Source of the DNA: Ignavibacteriota bacterium | GTDB taxonomy: Bacteria; Bacteroidota; Ignavibacteria; UBA10030; UBA6906 | Assembly: GCA_003158475.1 (NCBI GenBank) | Contig: PMJR01000120.1 | Span: 13,758 to 77,757 of the forward strand | Reading direction: 5' to 3' | DNA: 64,000 bases | Notes under the pieces: model-generated | Told to the model about the DNA's origin: nothing | Seen by the model: only the letters and a program-made list of their open reading frames with translations | Database searches by the model: none | Made by a program: the position numbers and the translations under genes | Part shown: in pieces, positions 9,484 through 18,260 of the stretch | Numbering within the stretch: the first letter of the stretch is position 1 | How the letters are laid out: each line of letters begins with the position of its first letter

Positions 9484-11107
9484 GGAGATTGGGTTTGTGA
9501 CAGTCTTCGCAGGCGACTCTCAGGGGCTTGTAACGGACCACTTGTCTGGCATCCCGTGATTCTGTCGGGTGACATTTCGCGCACTTGACGTCAGCATGGG
9601 CCCCTCTCAGAGCAAATCTCGAGCCGGTGCTGTGATCGAAAGTAATGCGCTTCCAGGATTGTGCGTTATGGCAAGGTTCACACCGTGTTGCTCCCCCTTT
9701 GACGAATTGGCCGAAGTGCGGATCCTTGTGGCAGGGTGCGCACACGGTCGTAAGGCCTGCATACTGCACGGGATCGCCCTTTCCGTGACATTTCACGCAT
9801 TGCACGGTGGAGTGCCTTCCTTCAAGCGGGAATGCGGATTTGCTGTGATCAAAGAGAAGTGAAGACCATGATTCGGTGAGATGGCATGACTCGCAATTCT
9901 TGTTCTCTCTTGTGAATTGATCCTTGTGCGGGTCCGGGTGACACGTGCTGCATGTGAGGTTCTTTTCCCAACGAAATTGTCTCGTGCTTTTCGCCTTGAT
10001 GATGTCGGGCTTGTGACAGGCGATGCAATTTGTCGCAATGTGTGCACCTGTCAGGGGATACCTGCTCTGCAGATGGCTTTCGACCGTGTAGAAAATGAGC
10101 GTAAAGTCCTTGTCCGTATGGCACGCCTCGCATTTCCCTCCGTCCGAACGCGCGGCAAACTGTCCGCCATGGGCATCCTCGTGGCATTCTGCACAGAGGT
10201 GAAACCGTGAAATGTGAAACCCTTTTTCACCGCTGGCATTCACCGCGCGGGGAGCAGGGGCGTGGCATGCCAGGCATGTGACGTTCGCGTGCTTTCCATT
10301 GAGCGGAAAATCCGTCCGCTGGTGGTCGAACGCGCCCCCCTTCGACGTCTTCCAGTCCCCGGTGGAATGGCACTCGTCGCAACGGCGGGTGAACTTTTTC
10401 ATGTGAGGATCAGGGTGGCACGATGCGCAGGTCGAAAACTCCATGCCTCGATAGAGAACGGCTTTGGAATGGTCCACGGTGGCATGGTGGCACCCAGCAC
10501 ACTCGACCTGCCTGTGCTTTCCGGTCAAAGGGTAGCGGGTATGATCATGCGAAAAGAGGCGCACCGGCTTCCATCCTTTCGTGTCGTGGCACGAGGAACA
10601 TGGAATGGAGAACTGATTGCGGTGGATGTCCGGGTGACAAGACACACAGGAGGGAGACAGACCGAGAAGAGTCTGACTGCGCTTCCCCTGAAGCATCCTC
10701 ACATCGGGTGCTGCCACGCGGCTCCACGAATGGCAGGAATCGCAAACGATGTCGGCATGCTTGCCATTCAGCGGGAAACCGGCCGTCGTGCGATGATCAA
10801 ACTTTGTTGTATCGAGTCGCACGATTTGAAATTCTTCGCCGTTGTGATCGCTATGACACTCGGCGCACCGTTTGCCTGCGATATGTGCGTGGAATCCCCG
10901 CGTGGAGTCCAAGGCTGCTTTGATCTCCTTGTGGCAATCGAGACACTTGTCGTTCGAGAGAGTTTTCCCGTACGGATGGCATGAGGTGCATTTGCCGATT
11001 CCTTCAAGGTCGTGATGCGCGCGGGCGAGTTTGCCGGGGGAGATTTGGGCCTCTGCACGAAGAGGAACGAGAGCAGCAAGTATCAGCGCTACGCTGCGTG
11101 CAATCAT
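9467..11107 (-). CDS. Multihaem c-type cytochrome with about 20 haem sites, Sec signal peptide
   Basis: 20 CxxCH motifs counted. Start chosen at MIARSVALILAALVPLRAEAQ (the track ORF begins at 11182). The stop overlaps the decahaem start by 17 nt. Confidence 0.85.
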   Translation of the reverse strand: MIARSVALILAALVPLRAEAQISPGKLARAHHDLEGIGKCTSCHPYGKTLSNDKCLDCHKEIKAALDSTRGFHAHIAGKRCAECHSDHNGEEFQIVRLDTTKFDHRTTAGFPLNGKHADIVCDSCHSWSRVAAPDVRMLQGKRSQTLLGLSPSCVSCHPDIHRNQFSIPCSSCHDTKGWKPVRLFSHDHTRYPLTGKHRQVECAGCHHATVDHSKAVLYRGMEFSTCASCHPDPHMKKFTRRCDECHSTGDWKTSKGGAFDHQRTDFPLNGKHANVTCLACHAPAPRAVNASGEKGFHISRFHLCAECHEDAHGGQFAARSDGGKCEACHTDKDFTLIFYTVESHLQSRYPLTGAHIATNCIACHKPDIIKAKSTRQFRWEKNLTCSTCHPDPHKDQFTRENKNCESCHLTESWSSLLFDHSKSAFPLEGRHSTVQCVKCHGKGDPVQYAGLTTVCAPCHKDPHFGQFVKGGATRCEPCHNAQSWKRITFDHSTGSRFALRGAHADVKCAKCHPTESRDARQVVRYKPLRVACEDCHKPNLHETTH

Positions 11108-11424
11108 CCCGCCGCCCCACATTTGGCCAAACAGATAAGCGGTTGCAACGTGGACAGGGAAAACGACAAACAGGGTGAGCATAATCGGGAGATGATGACC
11201 CCCGCCGGAATCATCACGCTGGCCGCAATGCGATAGAGATGTCGGATGCTTCCGGAAGGTTTCAGGAGGTGAAAGGGAGGGTCGAATGGTCTCTGCGCAA
11301 ACCTGCGCGTAGAGAAGTCACTCCCCATGAGCCACGGGAGAACCGCAACGAGGCAGAATGAGGCAACCAGTGCGCCTGCAAACCGGGAGTGCAACGATTT
11401 CTTCTTCAAGCAAGGAATGATCAC
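11104..11424 (-). CDS. Small putative membrane protein (106 aa), ATGA-coupled to the 20-haem cytochrome
   Basis: Two hydrophobic segments. Its stop TGA shares TG with the ATG at 11107 (atga at 11104-11107). It could also be a high-GC artefact. Confidence 0.25.
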   Translation of the reverse strand: MIIPCLKKKSLHSRFAGALVASFCLVAVLPWLMGSDFSTRRFAQRPFDPPFHLLKPSGSIRHLYRIAASVMIPAGVIISRLCSPCLSFSLSTLQPLICLAKCGAAG

Positions 11425-11553
11425 GTGGTACAGCGTAATGCGAATTTTGTAGAAGTACGGGCGGGGCGGATTCCTCTGAGAGAGTGGGGTCGATGCTTTG
11501 AGTTTAACTCATCTCTATATACGGATTACTCCTCTAAATCTCAAGTGCCGGAA

Positions 11554-11578
11554 GGGGGGTGAGAACGTCTCCCCCCCC
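11554..11578 (-). terminator. G6/C8 hairpin (ggggggtgaga-acg-tctcccccccc) about 20 nt downstream of the DUF4337 stop; terminator or regulatory structure
   Basis: 10 of 11 base pairs form. No U-run follows. Confidence 0.3.
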
Positions 11579-11598
11579 TCCCGCCTCCGAGTGAATGA

Positions 11599-12135
11599 CT
11601 AGAGTATGCCCTGTAGAAAGAAGACCATCCCTAGTGCCCCCAGCGCTAGGCTGACGAACCAGAGCCATTTCTTCCTCGTGAGCGCAGAGATCGCGCCAAG
11701 CGCAATGGCAATCTGGAATACCGTGACGCCTTTGGCGAGGATCTGGTGCGACGCAAGGTTCTGTTCCGAGGAGTGCTCTTTTTCGCGGGCTTTTTCCTCG
11801 ATCTCTTTTTGCTGATTCTTGTATTCAGTAGCCTTCTCTTCGTCTTTTGCCTCCGGTTCCTTTCCGAGAGCACGCAGCAACTCCATTTTGCTTTCGAGAA
11901 CGGCCGACTTGACGCCTTTCGCCTGGTAATATGCCCACTGGTCTGATGCTTGTATTTGTTCGATCATTGCTTCGTTTGCACGATGCCCGGCAAGGAGCGA
12001 GCAGGCGGCAGCGAGAACCGCAAGCAGAGCCGAACTCAGGGCGACAAACAGTATCCAGGTCTCGCCGCTATGATGAGCCGCGTGTTCGATATCCTCATGC
12101 AGGTGCTCGGTTGGGACTTCCATCTCTTCAGGCAT
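11599..12135 (-). CDS. DUF4337-like two-TM membrane protein with a central coiled-coil
   Basis: MPEEMEVPTEHLHEDIEHAAHHSGETWILFVALSSALLAVLAA..., charged KE-rich middle, C-terminal TM. The start was chosen at the internal MPEEM. Confidence 0.5.
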   Translation of the reverse strand: MPEEMEVPTEHLHEDIEHAAHHSGETWILFVALSSALLAVLAAACSLLAGHRANEAMIEQIQASDQWAYYQAKGVKSAVLESKMELLRALGKEPEAKDEEKATEYKNQQKEIEEKAREKEHSSEQNLASHQILAKGVTVFQIAIALGAISALTRKKWLWFVSLALGALGMVFFLQGIL

Positions 12136-12753
12136 TCCGACCTCGGCGGATTGTTGGCAAAGTAGTTGATTGGAATGGCATTTCTGATTGAAGTCGTTCT
12201 CTCTGCATTTCACGGAAGAGTGAGAGATCGAGATGGGGAACCGGCGCGGGGTCGTTCCTGAGCTACTGTTTCCAGCCCTTGTCAGAATCCCGGGCGAGCT
12301 TCAGGTCGCGTTATTCAGCTCCTAAATCCCTGTTCACGACATTATCGAAGGTAAACACCCACGTAATGAGATACGTTTCATCAAGAGAGGGGTGTCGGGC
12401 AAGGACTCCGCGGATATCATCGAGATCGCGCGGACGACCCTAGCGAGGAGTTCTTGAAACATGCGAATTCAAAGCAGCGGCGAGTCGAATGTCATCTTCA
12501 AGACCAAGGAGAATGTCATTATGCCGGAAACCCCCGAGCATGCGGGCTTCGTCGTAAAGAGATTCGAGGATGCTGTATTTTTCACCGAGACTGAGGTGGT
12601 CCTTTGCAAAGTCCAGTCTCTTAAACGCAGAGAAATATGGAGGGTCGGTAATCACCCACCAATATAGGAAGAATGACGCGAGGATTCAACCCTTGACTGT
12701 TGTGGCACAAGGCTCTACCTTCCACAGGAAAGGAGTCTTATCCTAAACCCTGC

Positions 12754-13818
12754 ATGAACAGCCACGTGGATTCCGTTTCCTCCCCGCACGAACCTCTCGA
12801 CCGGATCCCCCGCGTCCTGCTGGCGGATATTCCAACGCCGGTACAGGAAGTCCCGCGGCTTGCCCGAACGGTCGGACTCACCAGCCTCTTCATCAAACGG
12901 GATGATCAGACCGGTCTCGCCATGGGAGGGAACAAGGCGAGGAAGCTCGAGTATGACTTTGCAGAGATACTGAAGCAGGGATCCGACGTCGTCCTCACGG
13001 TCGGAGGCACACAGTCCAACCATGCGGTTATGACTGCGGCCGCGGCGCGAAGGAAGGGTCTGGATGTCAAGATTGTGCTGGGGGGCCCGGGCTTCACCGA
13101 ATATCAGGGGAACCTCCTTCTTGATCTGCTTCTGGGGGCCGAGATCCGGTATCTGAAGAACAACGACCGGAATGAAGACCTTGCCTCCGCAATGGAGGAG
13201 TGGGCGGAGGAATTGCGGCGTGAAGGTCGACGTCCCTATACGCTGCCGGTGGGAGGGTCGACAGGGATAGGCGCTCTCGGGTATGTTCGCGCGATGCGCG
13301 AGCTCGCAGCCCAGATCCGTCCCGGGCCATCGCAAATCGTTCTTGCCGTCGGCTCTTGTGGAACATTCGCCGGTGCCATCCTCGGCGCGCGGCTCTACAT
13401 GCCTGAGGCCCGCGTCATTGGGATAAGTGTCTCCCGCTCCTCAACCGAGATCGCACGCCGGACCCTGGAGATCGTTACAGAAAGTGCGGGAATCCTCCAA
13501 TGCGACTTCACACTGACAGCTGCGGAAATAGAATCGTATGACTGTTACCATCAGGAATACGGCGTGCCGACAGATTCCGGCAGGGAGGCGATCCTCTCCT
13601 GTGCGCGTCTGGAAGGGATACTGCTCGACCCGGTCTACACGGGAAAATCAATGGCAGGATTGCTGGACCTCGCGCGCCGCCGAATTCTCAATCCGGCTCT
13701 CCCGACAGTGTTCGTACACACGGGAGGGTTGCCGATCCTTTTTGCATTCGAGCGGAGCCTTCGGGATCTCGCCCGTTTGACGACAATTTCGTCCACGACG
13801 CGGAGGGAATCCGAATGA
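12754..13818 (+). CDS. PLP-dependent D-cysteine desulfhydrase / ACC deaminase family enzyme
   Basis: IKRDDQTGLAMGGNKARKLEYDFAE, the fold-type II PLP lysine motif (GGNKxRKLE). The start was chosen at MNSHVDS by alignment logic. Confidence 0.8.
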   Translation: MNSHVDSVSSPHEPLDRIPRVLLADIPTPVQEVPRLARTVGLTSLFIKRDDQTGLAMGGNKARKLEYDFAEILKQGSDVVLTVGGTQSNHAVMTAAAARRKGLDVKIVLGGPGFTEYQGNLLLDLLLGAEIRYLKNNDRNEDLASAMEEWAEELRREGRRPYTLPVGGSTGIGALGYVRAMRELAAQIRPGPSQIVLAVGSCGTFAGAILGARLYMPEARVIGISVSRSSTEIARRTLEIVTESAGILQCDFTLTAAEIESYDCYHQEYGVPTDSGREAILSCARLEGILLDPVYTGKSMAGLLDLARRRILNPALPTVFVHTGGLPILFAFERSLRDLARLTTISSTTRRESE

Positions 13819-15425
13819 GACTCTCCGGCCCCCGCGCTGTCGTGACATTATTGTTCGCTCTCTTGTCGCTTGTTCCCGAAGTCCCGGCGCAGTCCGGGGG
13901 AGGAGAGAGGGGGGATATCCCGTTACTCATCAGGGCACTTGCGGACAGCGATGAGGTGGTCCGGGAAAATGCCGCAGAGGCCCTCGGGAGATGGGGCCCG
14001 GCGGCGGAACCGGCAATTCCTGATTTGATTATGCTCCTTTCGGATAAGGACCCGTTTGTGTGCGGAAAGGCGGCCGATGCGCTGAGCAGGATTGGAAAAG
14101 GAAGCGTCCCGCACCTCATCAGCGCTTTGAGGGACGGGGAGACCAACGTCCGCTGGTGCGCCGCGATTGCCCTGGGGAAAATCGGGGGCGATGCCCGGGA
14201 AGCGGTACCAATGCTTGCCAGAGCACTTTGCGACACGGACGACAACGTGCGCTGGTCTGCCGTCGTTGCGCTCGGCGGGATGCGGACACGCGCCCGCGAT
14301 GCGATTCCGGCGCTCATCCGGTGCCTCCATGACAGGGACGAGGATGTCCGCCGGGGTGCGGACATGTCTCTCGATGCAATCGATCCCGGGCGGCGGTCAC
14401 GAACGCCGGATTGGCGGGTGGTAGTTGCAGCGGTCGACAGCCTGACTCCTGCTCTGATGGGTGAGCTCCATGTCCCCGGGGTTTCCATTGCGGTGATTCA
14501 TCGCCGGGGCATCGTCTGGTCGGGGGAATACGGGATCGCCGATGTCAGCCGGCACGCACCTGTAACACGTGAGACGCTCTTCGAAGCTGCGTCGATGTCC
14601 AAGCCGGTGTTTGCCTATATCGTCATGAAACTCGTCGAACAGGGAAAGCTCGAACTTGATCGCCCCTTGACGGGGTATCTGAAGGAGCGCGTTCTTCCCG
14701 ATCAGCCGTCGCGATCCCTGATTACGGCGCGCATGGTCCTGTCGCACACGGCGGGGTTCCCGAACTGGCGGAAAGGGGAGGAGGAAAGGGATGGCCCGCT
14801 GCCGGTCCTCTACCGACCGGGCTCGCGGTTCAGTTACTCGGGGGAGGGGATATTCTTTCTGCAGCGGGCTGTCGAGAAGATCACGGGCGAGCCCATCGCC
14901 CAGCTCGCGAAAAGGACGCTTTTCGATCCCATAGGTCTGACGCACACAAGTTACGTCTGGACAGCCCCTCTGGACAGCCTCCTCGCCTCGGGCCACGAGG
15001 CGGACGGGACATACCTGAAAAAGACAAAGTACACGCACGCAAACGCCGCGTACACGCTCTACACGACCGCCAGGGAGTATGCGGCGTTCATCGTCGAAAT
15101 CCTAAAAAGGGACAGATCCGCGCCGCATTCGCTCTCCCATGAATCGCTCGGGGTGATGCTCAAGCACCAGGTCGCCGTCGATGCTCGAGCGCCTGTCGGA
15201 CGGCCCGGAGAGGCAAAAGGCCTCGGCGTGTACTGGGGTCTCGGTTGGTCGATTACTACGACGGGGAGGGGGGACATTGTTCACCACAGCGGTGCCAACA
15301 GGTCCGGGTTCCGGTGCTTCTCCCAGTTTTCTCCCAGCCGGGGAAGCGGCATCGTTATTATGACCAATGGCATCAGGGGAGACGATCTGTGGGCCCGTCT
15401 CGTCGCCAGCGTCGGGGATATCTGA
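13815..15425 (+). CDS. Secreted fusion protein: N-terminal HEAT/PBS-lyase repeats plus serine beta-lactamase/PBP-like (class C-type) domain
   Basis: Signal peptide. Repeated DxxVRxxAAxALGxIG HEAT units x4. SMSKPV (SxxK) and YSGEG. The 4-nt overlap with the upstream gene places the two genes in one operon. Confidence 0.75.
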   Translation: MRLSGPRAVVTLLFALLSLVPEVPAQSGGGERGDIPLLIRALADSDEVVRENAAEALGRWGPAAEPAIPDLIMLLSDKDPFVCGKAADALSRIGKGSVPHLISALRDGETNVRWCAAIALGKIGGDAREAVPMLARALCDTDDNVRWSAVVALGGMRTRARDAIPALIRCLHDRDEDVRRGADMSLDAIDPGRRSRTPDWRVVVAAVDSLTPALMGELHVPGVSIAVIHRRGIVWSGEYGIADVSRHAPVTRETLFEAASMSKPVFAYIVMKLVEQGKLELDRPLTGYLKERVLPDQPSRSLITARMVLSHTAGFPNWRKGEEERDGPLPVLYRPGSRFSYSGEGIFFLQRAVEKITGEPIAQLAKRTLFDPIGLTHTSYVWTAPLDSLLASGHEADGTYLKKTKYTHANAAYTLYTTAREYAAFIVEILKRDRSAPHSLSHESLGVMLKHQVAVDARAPVGRPGEAKGLGVYWGLGWSITTTGRGDIVHHSGANRSGFRCFSQFSPSRGSGIVIMTNGIRGDDLWARLVASVGDI

Positions 15426-15452
15426 CTCCAGAATGAGGGGGGCAGGAGAGCG

Positions 15453-16898
15453 TCAATGTTCCCCGGCGGCAAAATCAGCCCACTTGTAGGATCCTCTATC
15501 CTTCAGGAGCCCGTTCATCCAATCGAACTGAGGGTGCTCTGCAAGAAATGTCCCGGCGTTGAACGGCCTCCCGCACGCTGATCCCCAGCGGGCGGCAAAG
15601 GACATGTTCTTCGCCATCGTTGCGTCGACGACTTTTGCGTCCACCGTTCCCCCCGGGTCAAAGGGGAGGCCCGTGTCCAGCGAGTCAAAGTCGCCGTGTG
15701 CGCAGAGCCCGCGCCAGCCGAGGCTGTTTCTCCGGAGATAGCAGTCGTAGTGGTCGGCCTCGAACTCTTTTGCCAATCCGATCGTGATCTTCCCCGCATA
15801 CTCCCTCATCAGTTGCTTCCAACGCACGCGGCGTGAAACTCCCGATACCCGGATGTCGGTCTCGTGCTGCTCGGTCTCCAGGCGCAGGATCTTCGTGTTC
15901 TCCGCTACGTTGGATCCGCTGTAGTACCCGTCGTGCGTCCTTTCAAGACCGACGTGCTTCAATCCGAGCTCCAGCCGCGCAATTTCGTTCGTCTTTACAT
16001 CCCCGACGAGCCATGCGTTGGCGTACCCCCCGTTGTTCCCGCTCCGCATGATCTCGCACCACGCTTCGATCGTCGACGCGTCCTGCGCGGCCCGCCGCAT
16101 CCTGACGAATTCCGGAATTCCCCCCTCGTCGAATCCGCTGAAGTCCCCGATCGTCGTCTCGGCGCCGACGATCCCTCCGGCGGTGATGAAGAAGTCAGTG
16201 CCGCTGTGGATCCAGCCGGGGCTCGTTTGCATCAGTATCCGGTATCCCTTCTCGGGGACGATGTCAAGTATGACATACGGGTCCGCCACCACGTACGAGC
16301 ACATGGTGTTGTGGCCGAGCACGATCCCGCTGTCCGCGGTCATGTGCCCTGTGGCGATGAAGCTGCTGCACGACTGTTTTTTGGTGTCGGGGGAGTGGAG
16401 GTCGAGTTTCTTCTTCTGCTCCGGCCACCAGTATCCCGAGAGCTCAATATAGGCGTTGTAGGTGATCATCTCTTCGGGTGATGTCGTCACGCCCGCCGCA
16501 TCAAGTCCCTCGGCGATTCCGCGAATCTCTTCGAGAAGTTCTCCATCGATACCGGGGAGTAACATCGGCACGGCCTTTGCAATGAGCCAGGACCATTCCA
16601 TGCCGCTCTGGTACTCCCACACCCCCCGGGTGATCCGGAGGGATTCCCTGATCTCGGGTGCCATGAGGTAGCCGTGCTGGAATCCTCTCGCCCGTGGCGT
16701 CCCCTCGCAGTGGAGGTAGACCCACCCCTCCTTTGCGTGCCGGAGCGCATGGGAAAGCCAGGAGGATTGATCCGCGGAAAGGGGACGAGCGCCGATGGCG
16801 GCGGAGGGAGGACGTTCCTCCTGCCTGGGCCTCTCCCGGCCGCAGGCCGCCCAGAACAATATCGAACCGGCCAGGATCGCAACGGACATGCTTCTCAT
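15453..16898 (-). CDS. Lipoprotein of the Ntn-hydrolase superfamily (phospholipase-B-like / peptidase C45-like)
   Basis: Lipobox ILFWAAC. Internal Cys nucleophile context CSSFIATGHMTADSGIVLGHN. The family assignment is tentative. Confidence 0.45.
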   Translation of the reverse strand: MRSMSVAILAGSILFWAACGRERPRQEERPPSAAIGARPLSADQSSWLSHALRHAKEGWVYLHCEGTPRARGFQHGYLMAPEIRESLRITRGVWEYQSGMEWSWLIAKAVPMLLPGIDGELLEEIRGIAEGLDAAGVTTSPEEMITYNAYIELSGYWWPEQKKKLDLHSPDTKKQSCSSFIATGHMTADSGIVLGHNTMCSYVVADPYVILDIVPEKGYRILMQTSPGWIHSGTDFFITAGGIVGAETTIGDFSGFDEGGIPEFVRMRRAAQDASTIEAWCEIMRSGNNGGYANAWLVGDVKTNEIARLELGLKHVGLERTHDGYYSGSNVAENTKILRLETEQHETDIRVSGVSRRVRWKQLMREYAGKITIGLAKEFEADHYDCYLRRNSLGWRGLCAHGDFDSLDTGLPFDPGGTVDAKVVDATMAKNMSFAARWGSACGRPFNAGTFLAEHPQFDWMNGLLKDRGSYKWADFAAGEH

Positions 16899-17150
16899 GG
16901 AGGGACACCCGCCTGATGGTATGAAGGGACAACGACTGCGCAATCTACTGGAGGGAAGGCCGGTAATCAAGGAGGCCGGTTAAATTGGCCCAACTAACAG
17001 ATTTTTGTGCCACCCCCCGGCGGTCGGAAGGCATCGAATAATTATCCGCCCGATACCCGGTCACCTCTTGACATTCACATTGACGCAAGGTATACTAGCC
17101 GCGAGAAGGTTTTCTCATCCCCCCCACGCCATGGGAACCTTTTTTCATCG

Positions 17151-18260
17151 ATGACAACTCCACTCGTCGATCTCTTCCTTGAAGCGGTCGCCATCGACGC
17201 GGTCTCGTTGCACGAAGCGCCCGTCGTCCGGTTCATCCGCGAGAAATTGTCCGGCCTTCCCGTCCGGATCGTGCAGGACGGAACAGGTCCGGTTGCCGGC
17301 GGGGAGACCGGGAACATCTTCTGCATCCCTCCAACGTTTGATCCCGCACGGCCGGCGGTCGCGCTTCTGGCGCACATGGACACGCCGCGATCGACGGCGA
17401 ATGTCCGTCCGGTCCTGAGCGAGTCCCGGATCTCGAGCGACGGCACCACGACTCTGGGTGTCGATAACCGTGCCGGCGTCTCGGTTCTTCTCCATGTCCT
17501 CTCCGAACATGTCCGCAAAGGGCTGAGCGGGAATTTTATCGTCGTCTTCACGTTCGGCGAGGAGATCGGCATGTACGGCTCGAAACACGTGGACCTGCAG
17601 CCGTACAACGTCAAAATGTGTTTTGTGTTTGACTGTTCGAAACGGCCCGGGACGTTCATTCAGTCCGCGGTCGGCAGTTCACTCTATACGGCGGTATTCC
17701 ACGGCAAATCGTCGCATGCAGGCGTGGCTCCTGAAAAGGGAGTGAACGCAATACAGATCGCTGCTCGGGCGCTGGGTGCGCTTGCGGTGGGACGGCTGAG
17801 TCCGACGATGACCGCAAATATCGGGATGATCGCCGGCGGCGAGGCGACGAACGTCGTCCCTGACCGGTGCAGGGTGGATGGGGAAGTCCGGGAGTTCAAC
17901 CAGCGCTCGATCGATGAGTATCTCGCGGAGGTGGAGGAGAAATTCTCCCGCGTCGCGACTGACAACGGCGGGTCTCTCACATTTGAATCGCAGATTGATT
18001 TTCCGCCGTTCGTCCTGGACCCCGACAGTGAGGCCTTCCGCACAATGACGGAGACGCTGGCGTCCGTTGGCCTTAGTCCGAACCCGATTCAGTACCTCGG
18101 GGGGAGCGATGCGAATATGCTTAATGCCAAAGGGATTCCAGCGATCAACATAGGCATCGGCGCGCAGAACCCGCACGGCAACGATGAGTTCATCCTTCTG
18201 GAAGACCTGGCCAAGACCGTGGAGATTGCGGAAGCATTGATCGCACGGAGCATCGGATGA
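17151..18260 (+). CDS. M20 family metallopeptidase (peptidase T / dipeptidase-like)
   Basis: HMDT, GVDNRAG, FGEEIGMYG and HAG metal/catalytic motifs. Start at MTTPLV. Confidence 0.8.
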   Translation: MTTPLVDLFLEAVAIDAVSLHEAPVVRFIREKLSGLPVRIVQDGTGPVAGGETGNIFCIPPTFDPARPAVALLAHMDTPRSTANVRPVLSESRISSDGTTTLGVDNRAGVSVLLHVLSEHVRKGLSGNFIVVFTFGEEIGMYGSKHVDLQPYNVKMCFVFDCSKRPGTFIQSAVGSSLYTAVFHGKSSHAGVAPEKGVNAIQIAARALGALAVGRLSPTMTANIGMIAGGEATNVVPDRCRVDGEVREFNQRSIDEYLAEVEEKFSRVATDNGGSLTFESQIDFPPFVLDPDSEAFRTMTETLASVGLSPNPIQYLGGSDANMLNAKGIPAINIGIGAQNPHGNDEFILLEDLAKTVEIAEALIARSIG

